A stretch of DNA of 63,601 bases, filler included, from Octopus bimaculoides (GCF_001194135.2; 5 parts of 5 records of this genome joined end to end with filler, not necessarily neighbours in it); one strand, 5' to 3'. Positions 13,551-25,913 are shown, counted from the first letter of the whole stretch. Numbers and translations are program-made. Notes: a model not told the origin generated them from the letters alone.

Positions 13551-13620
13551 CCATTGGAGCCTGATGAGTCGTCTATAGAGCGAAGCGCATTTTGGATGCG
13601 AAACTATTAGTCGCTCTATG
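13551..13620 (+). ncRNA. Type I hammerhead ribozyme with enlarged stem II
   Basis: GGAGC / CTGATGA (13561-13567) / 32-nt domain II ending GCAT-TTTGG-ATGC / GAAA (13600-13603) / CT-ATT-AG / cleavage triplet GTC (13610-13612) / GCTCT pairing back to GGAGC. Confidence 0.65.
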
Positions 13621-13671
13621 ACCGTCAAATATTTAATTTTACGTGTATGTATGTACGTAAGTATGTATGTA

Positions 13672-13752
<81 letters not shown>

Positions 13753-13868
13753 NNNNNNNNNNNNNNNNNNNNNNNNNNNNNNNNNNNNNNNNNNNNNNNN
13801 NNNNNNNNNNNNNNNNNNNNNNNNNNNNNNNNNNNNNNNNNNNNNNNNNNNNNNNNNNNNNNNNNNNN

Positions 13869-13906
<38 letters not shown>

Positions 13907-14319
13907 GATGGATGGATGGATGGATGGATGGTAAAAAGACAGAGAAACTCGCTGCACGAAAACATAAATAGATGAGAGAACATGCAAACATACCTGATAT
14001 TTTAAGCAAATTAGTTAAAATTGATTTTACTTTCTAGAGCTCACTTTATTATTAATACACACATGCATACATACACATACATATATACCTATGTTTTTTA
14101 ATGTATGTATGTATGCATATTCAAATATGAATTAGAAGCAGCTCGAGGTGTATAAACAAAATCGAACACACATACAAAAGGTATGTGTGTTATTAGTTCG
14201 TGGGTCGGCTGCGGTTATTAGGCGTAAGAGAATATATTCTCTATGCACCTGGTGTAAAAAAACACACCTGAAAGTAAGTCATAGTCAAGCGAGACAACTC
14301 ACATAGGTCCCTTCTCGGA

Positions 14320-14366
14320 GCGACAGACATCGATGTTTCGTCATTGCTGTAACTTATCAATGCCGC
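14320..14366 (-). ncRNA. Minimal type I hammerhead ribozyme, U3-A8 core variant
   Basis: Minus strand GCGGCA TTGATAA GTTA-CAGCAA-TGAC GAAAC ATCGAT GTC TGTCGC: 6-bp stem I, 4-bp stem II, palindromic stem III ACATCGATGT, GUC cleavage site. Confidence 0.78.
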
Positions 14367-16484
14367 ATACCGAGCAAGGCCCGCTGCAAGCCATGTCACC
14401 GACTATGACTATGACTATTCACACTACACACACACACACACACTCACACATGCACTCACACACATATACACACGCACGCACACACATATACACACGCACG
14501 CACACACATACACACATATACAGACACATTCACATCCACATACACACCCACGACTATCTATCTCCCTGTATGTGTGTGTGTGTGTGCGTGTGTACATAGA
14601 CACATTATTTGAACTTTGACTCGCCTATCCTTGATTTTCATACTGAACTGTCCAAAAACTATCCCCCTTATCAAAGTAGGTTTGGTGGGATAACCAGTTT
14701 AGTCACTGACAACCTGACCATGCCACAAGTTGTAACAGGTACCAATTACTAGCGGCGCTAAGCGACGTGACTTATACATACACTTCTTCGAGTGCATGCA
14801 TACATACACACGCATATATACTATATACGTTCAAATATGGATACATATATATATATATATCTGAAGTTAAGCAACAAAAATTCAATAGGTTATAGCAGTA
14901 CGTACGTTTCGTACAAGCTCCATTTATTCATGTAGTGAGAACACCACAGAAAATACAATGAAAATGTACTCCTCAGCTGCATAATGGAATTTCATTTTAG
15001 AAAGTCATTTTGAAGATGTTTGCAAAAAACAAGAGTAAGAGAAGAAAACACATCTCGACTATGCTGCTGTTTCACAGACAAGTGAAGTTGCTTAACTTCA
15101 AATTTTATTCACCAAATCTCTTGATTTTGTTTTTGGTTTTTATCCTACCAAATTCTGGTGCCTCAAACATTTTAAGTACCACATTTAATCTTTTGATTAA
15201 ATCTATATTATTATATATATATATGCTTACATATATATTCACACATGAATATATAAACATATACACATGCATGCATACATACATACATATATTTATATAT
15301 ATATAGCGTTAATCATCACTTTTCATTTTATGGCAAACCATTCCTCTGTAAATATTTCCATAATATATATTCAAAGACACGGGTTTTTGCATGTGCATAC
15401 ATGCGTGCATGGCATGGTTGATGATGTTGTTGGTCGGTGCTATTAATGTTGAAGCTACGCTAGGAGTAATACTGCTCCATAAATTATTTAATTCCAGAAA
15501 ATGTCTTACTAATTGAATGTTAAAAATAATCCTGTTAATGTTTTTCACCTTTATCATCATCATGATCGTTATTACTATTACCATTACCACCACCACCACC
15601 ACCACCACTATCAACATTAATGTCATCATCATGGTGGTGCTCGTCGTCATTGTCCTCGTCAACATATCATCCGTGCTATTTTATAATGTCATTTTTGTGT
15701 TTGCCACTATTTTTTATAAATATAATTATTTAATACAGTCATTCACTTTAGCTTCTTACATAGAACCAAGGCTGCAATTAGTCGTGGGAGGATCTTATAT
15801 AGATTAATAGATCCTAGTACATACCTGGTACTTAATTAAACTCATAAAAATGAAGGGGAAAATATCTATTGTTATCTAAATTTGGAACATCGACTCCGCA
15901 GCAACTGCATTATCATTATCCATAACTTTTACATATTTGCTTCCTGAAACAAGTAAAAGAGTAAAGTTTTCTGGTTGAAGAACGGTAGATTCGCTCTCAG
16001 TACGAATTATAGCACGGCTGAAAATATCAATCATCGTTATGTAGCCGAAGAAATAAGTACCTGCGAAATGCAGGAGTTGAAATAAACCATTATTACTTCG
16101 CCACCCCAAACGTGCGGTCTTGTATCCGTGTGAGAAACAGTAATAATTACTAACAGAAGCTCAAAGCCAAAAATTTCTGGGTGGGATGTCGATTTAATCA
16201 ACTCCAGTATTTCACTGAAATTCATTTTATCAATCTCAGAAGTTCGAAAGGAAAATGCTGACTTCGGCACGATTTGAACTCAATAAGTTAAGATCAGAAT
16301 TATAACGTCAGTCATTTTGACCGACACTCTCACTCTTCTAAAATACGTAGCTTAGAGACAGACGTGAATAGGCAGCAATTTGACAGAGCCGTCAAAGCAT
16401 CTGGTAGAATGCACTGCAGTATTGTTCCAATCTCCACGTTCTAAGTTCAAGGTCAAGTGTAATAATGTCTTCTCTGTATGTATG

Positions 16485-16523
<39 letters not shown>

Positions 16524-16651
16524 AGTCTTCGTTCTTCTCTTTTTTTTCCCCTTCTATGTATGTTTGCGTATACTTATATATACCATTCACCTCATCTCTA
16601 TTACTAGCCATCAGCTGTAGCAAGGAATCATAAACTGCTTCTTCGGCTATT

Positions 16652-16775
16652 AAGGCGCATGGCTGAGAGGTTAAGGATTACGATTGAGGGATCTATTCCT
16701 GGACTGGGTGGCGCGTTGCTCTTGTGCAAGGCTCTTCATTTTACGTTGGTCCTGTCTATCAGCTGAAATGTGTAT
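16652..16775 (+). mobile_element. Degenerate tRNA-derived SINE 5' part
   Basis: AAGGCGCATGGCTGAGAGGTTAAGG..CTCTTGTGCAAGGCTCTTCATTTTACGTTGG..TCAGCTG resembles the 19146 and 51345 heads. Confidence 0.5.
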
Positions 16776-17494
16776 CAGCCGAGTTTTGGAGTAGTTCTCT
16801 TCCTCCAATAGTCACATTCTGAACGTTCTACTAAGTTTGGGATGGGAAGGCAGAAAGGATGTGGATGTCTGCTTGCAGCTATGTGATCACCGAAACAAAC
16901 AAAAAAATGTGGCGGCTCTGCTTTTGTGGTTGTTAAACTGAACAGTCATAAGACCAAAGACATTCCAAATGAGATGGTCTCCTCTTTTACGGGTATCTAG
17001 AAAACAATATCTAATGTATCCTTTATTTATTTAAAATTATAGGGTGTGGTTTGAAAGAGATTTTGCTGCTACTTCTAGCACGCCTAGCGACCACATAGGG
17101 ACCATTTATTGTTGTTATTGATGTTGGTGTTGTGTTGCTATCATTGTCACTCACCTCGTTTGATGTTGTTACAGTTATTGTTATTGCTAATGTTATTGTT
17201 ATGGTTGTTGTTGTTGTTGTTGTTGTTGTTATATAGCTCCAGGCCATTTATGATCGAGCTGTCCTATGACACATAGAGAGTCTGTAGAACGACAAGGTGT
17301 GACCTATAGATCCATCTTCTCAACTATATACACATTGTCACTAACTCAAGACCGAACTACACACGCCTTCGTAGGCTAAACTAATTCTGTGTTGTTATTG
17401 TTAATGTTTCTTTTATTGATGTTATTGTTATTTCTGTTGTTACAACTGCTGCTGCTGCCGATGTTGCTACCATTGTTGTAGTTATTGTTTACCT

Positions 17495-17680
17495 CCAGAT
17501 CCGCCCTGATCGAGCAGTCGTATGATCAAAGGCGGCCTTTTTTTCTTGCCGTTTTTTTTCCTTTTTTTTTCATACATGCATCCGAAAACCCATTACGTAT
17601 CTTTCCTCATGAATTGAGGAAAATTTGGCTGTTATTTCTAGCAGCTCGAGTGACTACATAATGGCTATCTTGTTGGCTTG
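17495..17680 (+). repeat. Old dispersed repeat, family E
   Basis: CCCTGATCGAGCAGTCGTATGATCAAAGGC..AATTTGGCTGTTATTTCTAGCAGCTCGAGTGACTACATA. Confidence 0.6.
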
Positions 17681-18254
17681 GTGCTGTTACTAATGTTAAA
17701 GTTAACGCTTTTATTATTATTTATTAATAATAATTTTTCTTTTTGTTTCGTTTTTTTTTCTTTTTTTATGCTTCCCTTTTTTTTTCACTGCTGCTGCTGT
17801 TGCTGGCGTGAACGTTAAATGCAGGTTTTTATAGATCGTGCTTTGCCAGTGAAGTGCCGTCATGGTATTGCCTAAAGCTATAAATGTTGTTGTGACCGTC
17901 AGGCACGACTGATGATCTCATTGGAAACTGGAGACTGATCAGATAAAGTTATAAATGTGACAAATTACCAGAGTAAGGAGAGGGGAAGGGTGGATAGGGT
18001 GGCAGAAAGATAGGTTGGCAGTGGAAGAGTGTAAGAGGGGTAGTAGGGGCTGACTAGGAGACAGGTTAACAGTGTGACAAAGACAAAGGCATATATGGAA
18101 AGAGAGAGCGATACAAAGATATAAAAACAGAAATAGACAAAACGAGAACAACACAGGAGAGAGAAGGACAAAGTACAAATAAAAAAGAATCGATTAAGAG
18201 AGAAAGAGGAAGCCAAAACAAGAGAGAGAAGGAAGAGGGAGAAAGAGAGGGGGA

Positions 18255-18289
<35 letters not shown>

Positions 18290-19145
18290 GAAACGAAAGA
18301 GTAAACGAAAGCGAAAATTATAAAAGGAGAGAGAAGATGGGGTACAAAGAAAGGAATGACACATACAGTAGTGTGTGTGTGTAGTGGCATGCTTACAAAA
18401 ATTGATTTTACGGTTCAGATTTCGAATTTTATTAGAAACCAAATTAGCTTTTTAATCTCCCAGAATATTTATAACACATATTAAAATCCGTAATCGCTAG
18501 CTTCCACTAGTCGTTGTATTTGTATACATTGACAATAAAGTTATCTGAATTCAAATAAATGAAGATTTATATTGAAATATAATTCTTGTGTACTCTCTCA
18601 GTGAACTCATTTGATATCGGAATACACACATATCAAATCAGTGTGATTGTGCACTTAACAGAACAGCTTATGTTTTTTGTGGGGGTTTTTTTTTTCTTTC
18701 TAATTTTTTTTTTTATATTGATATCTAGGTTCACATGATTTTTGACAAAGAAGCAGGTCGGCATTGAATAACTGGTGAAGAATATATAAAGGGAATTCAG
18801 TCTTTGTGAGAATAGAAATAGCTATTTTATATTATCAGCACCCGAAACTTTTGAGATTCCATAGTTGTAATTTACAATTCTGTGATTCTGGATACCTTCA
18901 TAAAGCGAAATAGTAAAAAAAAATCAAAATTGCAGGCTTGAAGAAAGAAGGAAAAATCAATTCTTTTTGCTCAATCCCAAATATGGATAAATTAAATATG
19001 CTCACAGCATGAAAGAAAAAGGAGAAATGGTTTCAATAAATCAAGAATTAATTTTAAGAATTCTCATACTTGAAGAGAAACCTGATCTCTGTTAGCGAAA
19101 ACGGTGACAAACATCAACGGACATGCTTGGGCTATATTGGACCTT

Positions 19146-19471
19146 GTGGAAGGCGCGTGGCTTAGCGGTTAGGGTATTCGGATCCCAATCGTAAGGTCGT
19201 GCGTTCGATTCCCGGCGGCACGTTGTGTCTTTGAGCAAGACTCTGTATTTCAAGTTGCTCCAGCCCACTCAGCTGGCAAAAATGAGTTGTACCTGTAATT
19301 CAAAGAGCCAGCTTTGTCACATTCTTCGTCATGCTAAATCTCCCTGAGAATTACGTTAAGGGTACGCGTCTGTGGAATGCTCAGCCACTTGTACATTAAT
19401 TATTTGAGCAGTCTGTTCCGTTGATCGGAACAAATGGAATACTCGTTGTCGTAATCGACAGAGAACAAGAC
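19146..19471 (+). mobile_element. tRNA-derived SINE with family A tail and a different head/central domain
   Basis: A box TGGCTTAGCGG, B box GTTCGATTCCC; from GTACCTGTAATTCAAAG onward matches the family A 3' half; possible 7-bp TSD ACCTTGT (19141-19147, 19472-19478). Confidence 0.85.
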
Positions 19472-22400
19472 ACCTTGTCAGTGCAATGGAGTCGAACATA
19501 GATTCTTGCTAATGCGCTGGTGTATCTCGGGTAACATGGTTATGGATGAGTATAGTAAGACAACAGGGTAATGCCATTAGTAGGAGAGGTAAAGGAGGAT
19601 GAAATACTGTAACTGAATAAATTAAGAGAAGTTAGAAGTTATTCAGTTACTTTTCTAATCTCTCCTACTAACGGTGATATCCTGCTGTCTTATACTGTAG
19701 ATAATTGCATTTTTAAAATCGTTATAAATAATTTGCAGGATATACAAAAGTGAGTGAAGGGAAATAACCTAAGTATGCCAATGGCATGGCTTGTGATATA
19801 TCATATATAGATGTAGACAATGGTGTAAAAAATATTCCTCATGAAATTTTCCTTTTAGTTGGAGAAAGAAAACAAAAACTTAGTGACACATTCGTTTGCG
19901 AAACGCAAAGAAAGTATTATTGTATATTTTTAGATAATTTTCAATTTATTGAAATTATCAGTTTTTCACTTTATGAGTCGCTGACAAATACTGCTAGGAT
20001 TTTGTTTACTTTCTCCAAGAAAATTTTAATTCGTTATAAGTTTTTATTTTTCCTCCTTTTTTTTTGTGGTCGTCTTTCAGTACATGTGTACATACCTAAT
20101 TTATCTCAGCTCATGACACTGTTTTATTTGAGTTATTTCCCTTAACTCAATTCTATTTTTATCATTTCGATATGTTTGACATTATATCATTTTTTGAAAA
20201 ACCTCTTTACATTGAACAGTGGAAATTTGCTTCATGTTATTCTCTTGAATCTTAAACTTTGAAACACAGGTTGCAAGCATGTCTTTGTGGTCCAGAAATT
20301 CGCCTTGTAACCAGTTAGTACCTAGTTAGACGTCACTGTGCTGCACCTTGGACAAATATTTTCAACCATGGCCTCTTGTCGACCAAAGTCATGTCAGTGA
20401 AATTTAGCATACTTGAAAATTTGGAAACTATGCAGAAGCCTGTTGAATGATCTATAATATTCTTCTGAGCTTAAACTTAATATGTCACTCTGTTTAACAT
20501 CACCACCTGACCATTAGATACTTTGAACAGAGTCTCCTCTGCATCAAACATTCAGGCTATGACTCCATTCTGATGATAACTTCGTCCAGACAGTGCTGAA
20601 GACTCTGTAAAACGGTATTAAACGATAGCCCTCCTCCTCCTCTTCTTCCTCCTCCTCTGAATGAATGAATCATACAGTCAAGTTTCAAACTAAAAAAATA
20701 TAAGCTACTTCTCTATGACAATGATTTAGTTACGTATGTACACTGACTACCGAATTTCATCATGATTGCGGCTAATTCACTGATAGCCGGAGGGAAACAA
20801 ATAGGATTCATCATCTTGACCAGTGAATCAGAGTAGCACATCTTATAAGATGCGAACTCGTGACCTTACTAGCTCAATAGCTGATTGCTTAACCATTCGG
20901 CCATTGCAAACCCACTTACATATAAAGTTGCATCGATATCCAAACAAAGATTTCATATCGCAGTGAGAACATCAAATTAGCAATCCAACATGAACTGCAT
21001 ATTTATAAGCAAAACTACAATGAAACGGAGATGGAGTTATAAACGAGCAGACATCCTTTCTTGTTGACAGTGAGCAAGAGGGAACTCTTTATATTTTTTC
21101 TTTCATATTTCTTTCCCCGATTTTTTTTTTTTTTTTACACTTTCTATCACTGTTTACTTATTTCATTTTTTTTTTCTTTCTTTCTGTTTGGAAGAGAGGT
21201 GTGGGAGAAAGCTTTTACATCAGTACTTTTGCGAGAATACCAATTGTTTCCCAAATGTTCTAATGCGAAGTAATAACAACGGCGCGTGCAGTGAAGCACG
21301 TCTTGATCTAAAGTGGAGAGAGGGCGATCGTCTAAATTTGGGCAACTAGTCATGTTAAGAGAAATAAAGAACTGCTGCATCAAATAGCCAGATTGTCGTG
21401 GTTGATATCGTCGTCGCTGTCGTCTTTGTCTTTTTGTTTTTTATTGTTTTTTCTTTCGTTTTTTTTTTTATCGTATTCGTTCGTTGTCATTGTTGTTATT
21501 GTTTTATTATTATTGTCTTTGTCGAATTTATTTTGTGTGCTTCTTTATTTGCAACTGATTCGAACATAGAAGAATCACTTGATACATGTTTTTTTATCTT
21601 GAATAGTTTAAAGCCCGGCTGGCATTTTTTTACGAGATATTTACGGTAAATGTCATGAAATCAAGCATTGTTGAAAGATCGTAAGCTGCAAATGCAGACT
21701 GAAAAGCTTATCAATTAAAGCAATTCATTAATTCAGAACCGTTGTCCAAATATATAAAATGTACTAAGTTTGTTTTTTTTCATTTTATTTTCATTTCTTT
21801 TATTATTTTATTCTATTTTATTTTATTTTATTTTAAGATCTTGGACGTTCTCTAAAAGTGTGTAAATGTGACTACAAAAAGGAATACTTCTAAATGTTGT
21901 TTAGTCTCAGGTCTACCTTGATTTGATAAATCCTGTGATCAACGGTGTTCCCACTGCGACCATCCCGTACTTTTGGGAGTAATTGGGAATGCATTATTTG
22001 TTACTAATTTTATTTATTTTTTTCTTTGGTTCAGACCGCCATTGATGAATTAGACCTATGTCAAACGACGTTCCAGCTGTGACCGTACGACTCTTATGTA
22101 AATCGAGAGCTACATTGTTCAATGTATTCTGTGAATTGAGGATGATGCGGCTGTTATTACTAGCAAGTTGAGCGACCATGTCATGGAAACCCCCTTCTAA
22201 ACATTGAAAAAGTGAGCTTTTCAGGACAATCATTTCATATATCTAAACTGTAACGATTCAGTTTTTGAGCTGTTCGAGGGAAAACATTTGATGCTGAGAT
22301 CTTGTTCCAAGGAAATTAATAAATGTTTCTTTTTTATATTTTCCGAATGTTATTAAACGTTAATGTAATAGCTTCTAAATTCCACCGAGGTCGACTCTGC

Positions 22401-22487
22401 CTTTCATCCTTTTGGGATCGATAAAATAAGTATCAGCCACGTCTACGCCTAATATTCATTTTTAGAACATCAGTATATTATCTCTGT

Positions 22488-22670
22488 AAGACGGCGACCT
22501 GGCAGAATCGTTTCTGCGCCGGGCCAAATTTTTAGTGGCATTTCGTCTGTCTTTACGTTCTGAGTTCAAATTCTGCCGAGGTCGACTTTCATTTTTTTCG
22601 AGGTTGATAAAATCAGTACCAGTTGAATACTGGGGTCGATATTACTAGCCTTGAGCCAAAATTTGAAATC
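22488..22670 (+). mobile_element. Family C SINE, preceded by a partial copy at about 22375-22440
   Basis: GGCGACCTGGCAGAATCG..GAGTTCAAATTCTGCCGAGGTCGACTTTC..CTGGGGTCGAT..CCAAAATTTGAAATC. Confidence 0.85.
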
Positions 22671-22959
22671 AGTTTATTAGCTCTGTATGGAACATTGAAT
22701 AACATCATTTCTGAAGGTGTTTGAATCATGAAAGCAAGGTTTCAAGCCACGTGCTCTATTATTTCTTCCTTTCTCAACGCGAGCCTTAGACCAGCTATGC
22801 TAGCTACCGACTCAGAATTTCGAAGCCGAGGAGTGATGCGTGATCCTGATTAAGAGTCTATTCCAGGTATTGTCAGACGAAGTCAGATGAGCCTAGGTAT
22901 CTGATAAGCTGGAAATGTCACTGATATCCACAACTATCAATCTCACTTTTATTAGCGTT

Positions 22960-23140
22960 TAGATCCAGGTCAGTCTTTATTGAGCACACTTATGATCAAA
23001 AGTTTTCCAGCCAAAAACATCAGGTATTTTGACTACATTATCTACATTATCCTTCCTTGTTTAATACATTGGGATTTGATTTGAGGGAAATATTGTTGTT
23101 TCTCTAGCATGTCGAGCTATCATGTAGAAGTTGCACTGCT
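22960..23140 (+). repeat. Old dispersed repeat, family E
   Basis: TTGAGCACACTTATGATCAAAAGTTTTCCAGCC..GATTTGAGGGAAATATTGTTGTTTCTCTAGCATGTCGAGC. Confidence 0.5.
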
Positions 23141-23247
23141 AGTTTAAGCCGTTTCAATGATTTTCTGATAAGTTGGCTGAATCCTTCCAAATCAGAAGAT
23201 TATAATTATTCACACAGGCGAAATATATTTTAATATTTACATTTACA

Positions 23248-23461
23248 AAGGCAGCGAGCTGGCAGAATCATAGGTACGTCGGGCAAAAAGCTTTGTCACA
23301 TTTCGTCCGTCTTTATGGTCTCAGTTCAAATTCCGCCGAGGTTGACTTTACCTTTCACCCTTTCGGGGTCGATAAAATAAGTACCAGTTGAGCACTGAAG
23401 TCGATGTAACCACATTAGCCCCTTCCCCGAAACTGCTGGCCTGGTGCCAAAATTTGAAACC
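23248..23461 (+). mobile_element. Family C SINE, full length
   Basis: A box CTGGCAGAATC, B box GTTCAAATTCC; 16-bp TSD AATATTTACATTTACA at 23232-23247 and 23462-23477. Confidence 0.95.
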
Positions 23462-23699
23462 AATATTTACATTTACACTTAATTTCATCCCCGAACATCA
23501 CTAAGTATCTTATTCCTGAATGTTTACGTAGTTCCAAACTTCTCTGGGTCGAACTTGTAAGCTTCATTTTTTAATTAATTTTTTAATCACAAGCCAACCA
23601 TAATGCTCATCTAGTTGGTAGTAGGAAATACTACAAGGTCACTGCTGCATGTATAGTTATTGTTGGTAACCTAAATTTTCTACATTAATTGTAGAGGTG

Positions 23700-24150
23700 G
23701 CAGGGGCCAATTAGTTCGTTATTACCAGTTTTTTTTTTATATTATCTAGTCTGAAGGAAGGGTCAGCGTCTTTGATTTTCGCTGACTTTCTGACATCAGT
23801 GAAATTGATGAAATTAATGTTCCATTTAGACTGTTGCAAACTGTAGACGGCTGGAAGACATAAGCAGAACTAAAATCTCTGAGAGTTGACTTCTAGGAAG
23901 GAAGCGCTGGAAGAAGCAGCTACAGTAGAGCTGGAGTGTTGGCATAACAGAAGTGGTGAGAGAAGAAAAGATAGATGATCTAGGGGTACCTGAGTGGATA
24001 TGAACAGGTAGCCCTAAGGAGTAGTGGCTTTTATAGTAGAAGTAGAAAGGAAGGGAGAGAAGAGAGAAAACAGTACTCCAGTGATGTCTGTGCGTGCAGC
24101 AGTAACACTGTCCTAGACGTAAGAGCAGTACTCCATTGTGGTCCTCATCT
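23700..24150 (-). mobile_element. Degenerate 3' end of a CR1-group LINE
   Basis: Minus strand MRTTMEYCSYV*DSVTAA resembles the EYCSHxW motif; a decayed FFPRT..WNSL-like segment lies near 23850. Confidence 0.5.
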
Positions 24151-25317
24151 AAGCTTTATAATTTCGAAATAAAAGTGCACTCCAGCCTGATACAATGAAT
24201 ACATTTAAGAATAAGATATCTGATGACCTCCAAAGTTCAAATCAAAGTGAATATAAAATTTTCCATGTCAAAATAGTTATTTATAATTTAATTGATTATC
24301 AATAAAATAACTCAGATATTTTCTCGCTTCCTAGCATGTAATTCACTTGCATACAGGGTCTCTCATTCACATTGATTTAACGACAATGTGCTAAACCTGT
24401 GTCACTTCACCTGTCCTGATATCTTTATTATTTAGGTAGAGCAGGCGATTACGAGAGAGAAGAATCGATCACTGTACTACTACTTTATTTATCAGACACA
24501 AATGGACGAACGACAAAGTTAATCTCTGCGAGATTTCAGAGCGTAGAAAGAAACACCGTCGTTTTAATGAACCCCCACCAATGCGCATTCCCTTAAATTG
24601 TTAAAAACATACTTACATAACCATACGTTTTTAGGCCGTCGATTGCTATTCAGCTTCAACTTCTATTCGTCGTTGTCAGCAGGAAAAAATTGAGGGCAAA
24701 GAGAGAAATTCCAGAAAGTTCTAGGGGGAAAAGGAAGGGCCAGGCAAAAAGTTTAGTAAAAATTTTGTTGGGTGAAACACAGTATCTACGACGAGATGAG
24801 GATAGAGATGAGTGCATTAGATGGGTTTGCGCGGCGGCGGTGACACACAACTTACTAGTTCAAACGATTAAGAGTCATTATCGTAGTAGAGATTGAGAGA
24901 AGATGCAGCCCTGCAATGAGATAGTGGTTCGTTAGGTATGTGTAACGCTGCTGCTTTCATTTTTATCTATATTTATTTGTTATTTATTTATTTATTAGAC
25001 AGCGATCCACTCATTGTTGATACGATGCCATTGGAGTTAGGCTTGCATTTGGCAAGAAGCATGTAGTTTCTGTTTGTTCACCATTGTCCCTCTCATTAAA
25101 AAGAAGCACGATCAAGTCTTAACTGGAAGGAGTGACAGATAGTCAAGTGGTTTCATTAATGGCTTATCATGATAGGAAAAGCGCATCACTACTGATTGGT
25201 CCGAGATAATTGAGGAAACACTTGATAAAGCTTGACAATTGTTAATAATTAGTTAATAATATTATCCGTCAATCTTTTCTCTCTCCTCACCCCCACCACG
25301 TCTCTGTCCCTCCTCCC

Positions 25318-25368
<51 letters not shown>

Positions 25369-25913
25369 GTATTTTATTGAAAATAGCGAAATTACTCTTA
25401 TAAATAGTTCCCTTCGTGTTCTCGTCTGTCTTTATTACCCTCTCTCCTTCACCTTATCCAGTCTCTCTCTCATCGCCACACCCACATATTTTTACTCTAC
25501 TTCATCACTATTTCACTCTTTTTATTTCAGTCTCTTACCTTTCTTTTCTCTTTTTCTCCATTTCGTTCATCTTTTTTCATTCTTTATCATTCATTCTCTG
25601 ATTCTTTCTTTCTATATTTAACTTTCCTCATCTTCTTTCTTCCTTTTCTTTCGTTATCCTCGTTTTTTATTATTTATTTTACTAATATTACATTCTCTCT
25701 TACTTTCTATCTTTCATATTCATTCCACCTTTATTTTATTTCCTTTCTTCCTTTCCTTCTTTCTTTCTTCCTTCCTTTCTTCATTCATTCATTTATGTAC
25801 TTACATCTTGCTGTCTATGCTTGTCTGGTTATCTCCATGTGTGTCCCCGTTCCATTACACACACCACACAATATTTCTACATATAAATAATTGGATATGG
25901 AGGGGAAAAAATG

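Larger units (their letters stand above)
12915..13620 (-). mobile_element. Penelope-like element remnant: GIY-YIG C-terminal region flanked by inverted terminal copies
   Basis: Minus-strand translation with frameshifts (about 13148-13430): RYISSAETALYNHRASF; SLAGHLWRLKDEGTPYEILKRL; YINGSRRCKLCTAERARIL..LNSRHEIYSSSPH. Segments 12915-12990 and 13551-13620 are inverted copies of each other. Confidence 0.78.

Noticed and set aside
17909-17935. CTGATGA..GAAAC hammerhead-like spacing
   Set aside because: No convincing stem II, no NUH triplet (GAC) and no stem I.
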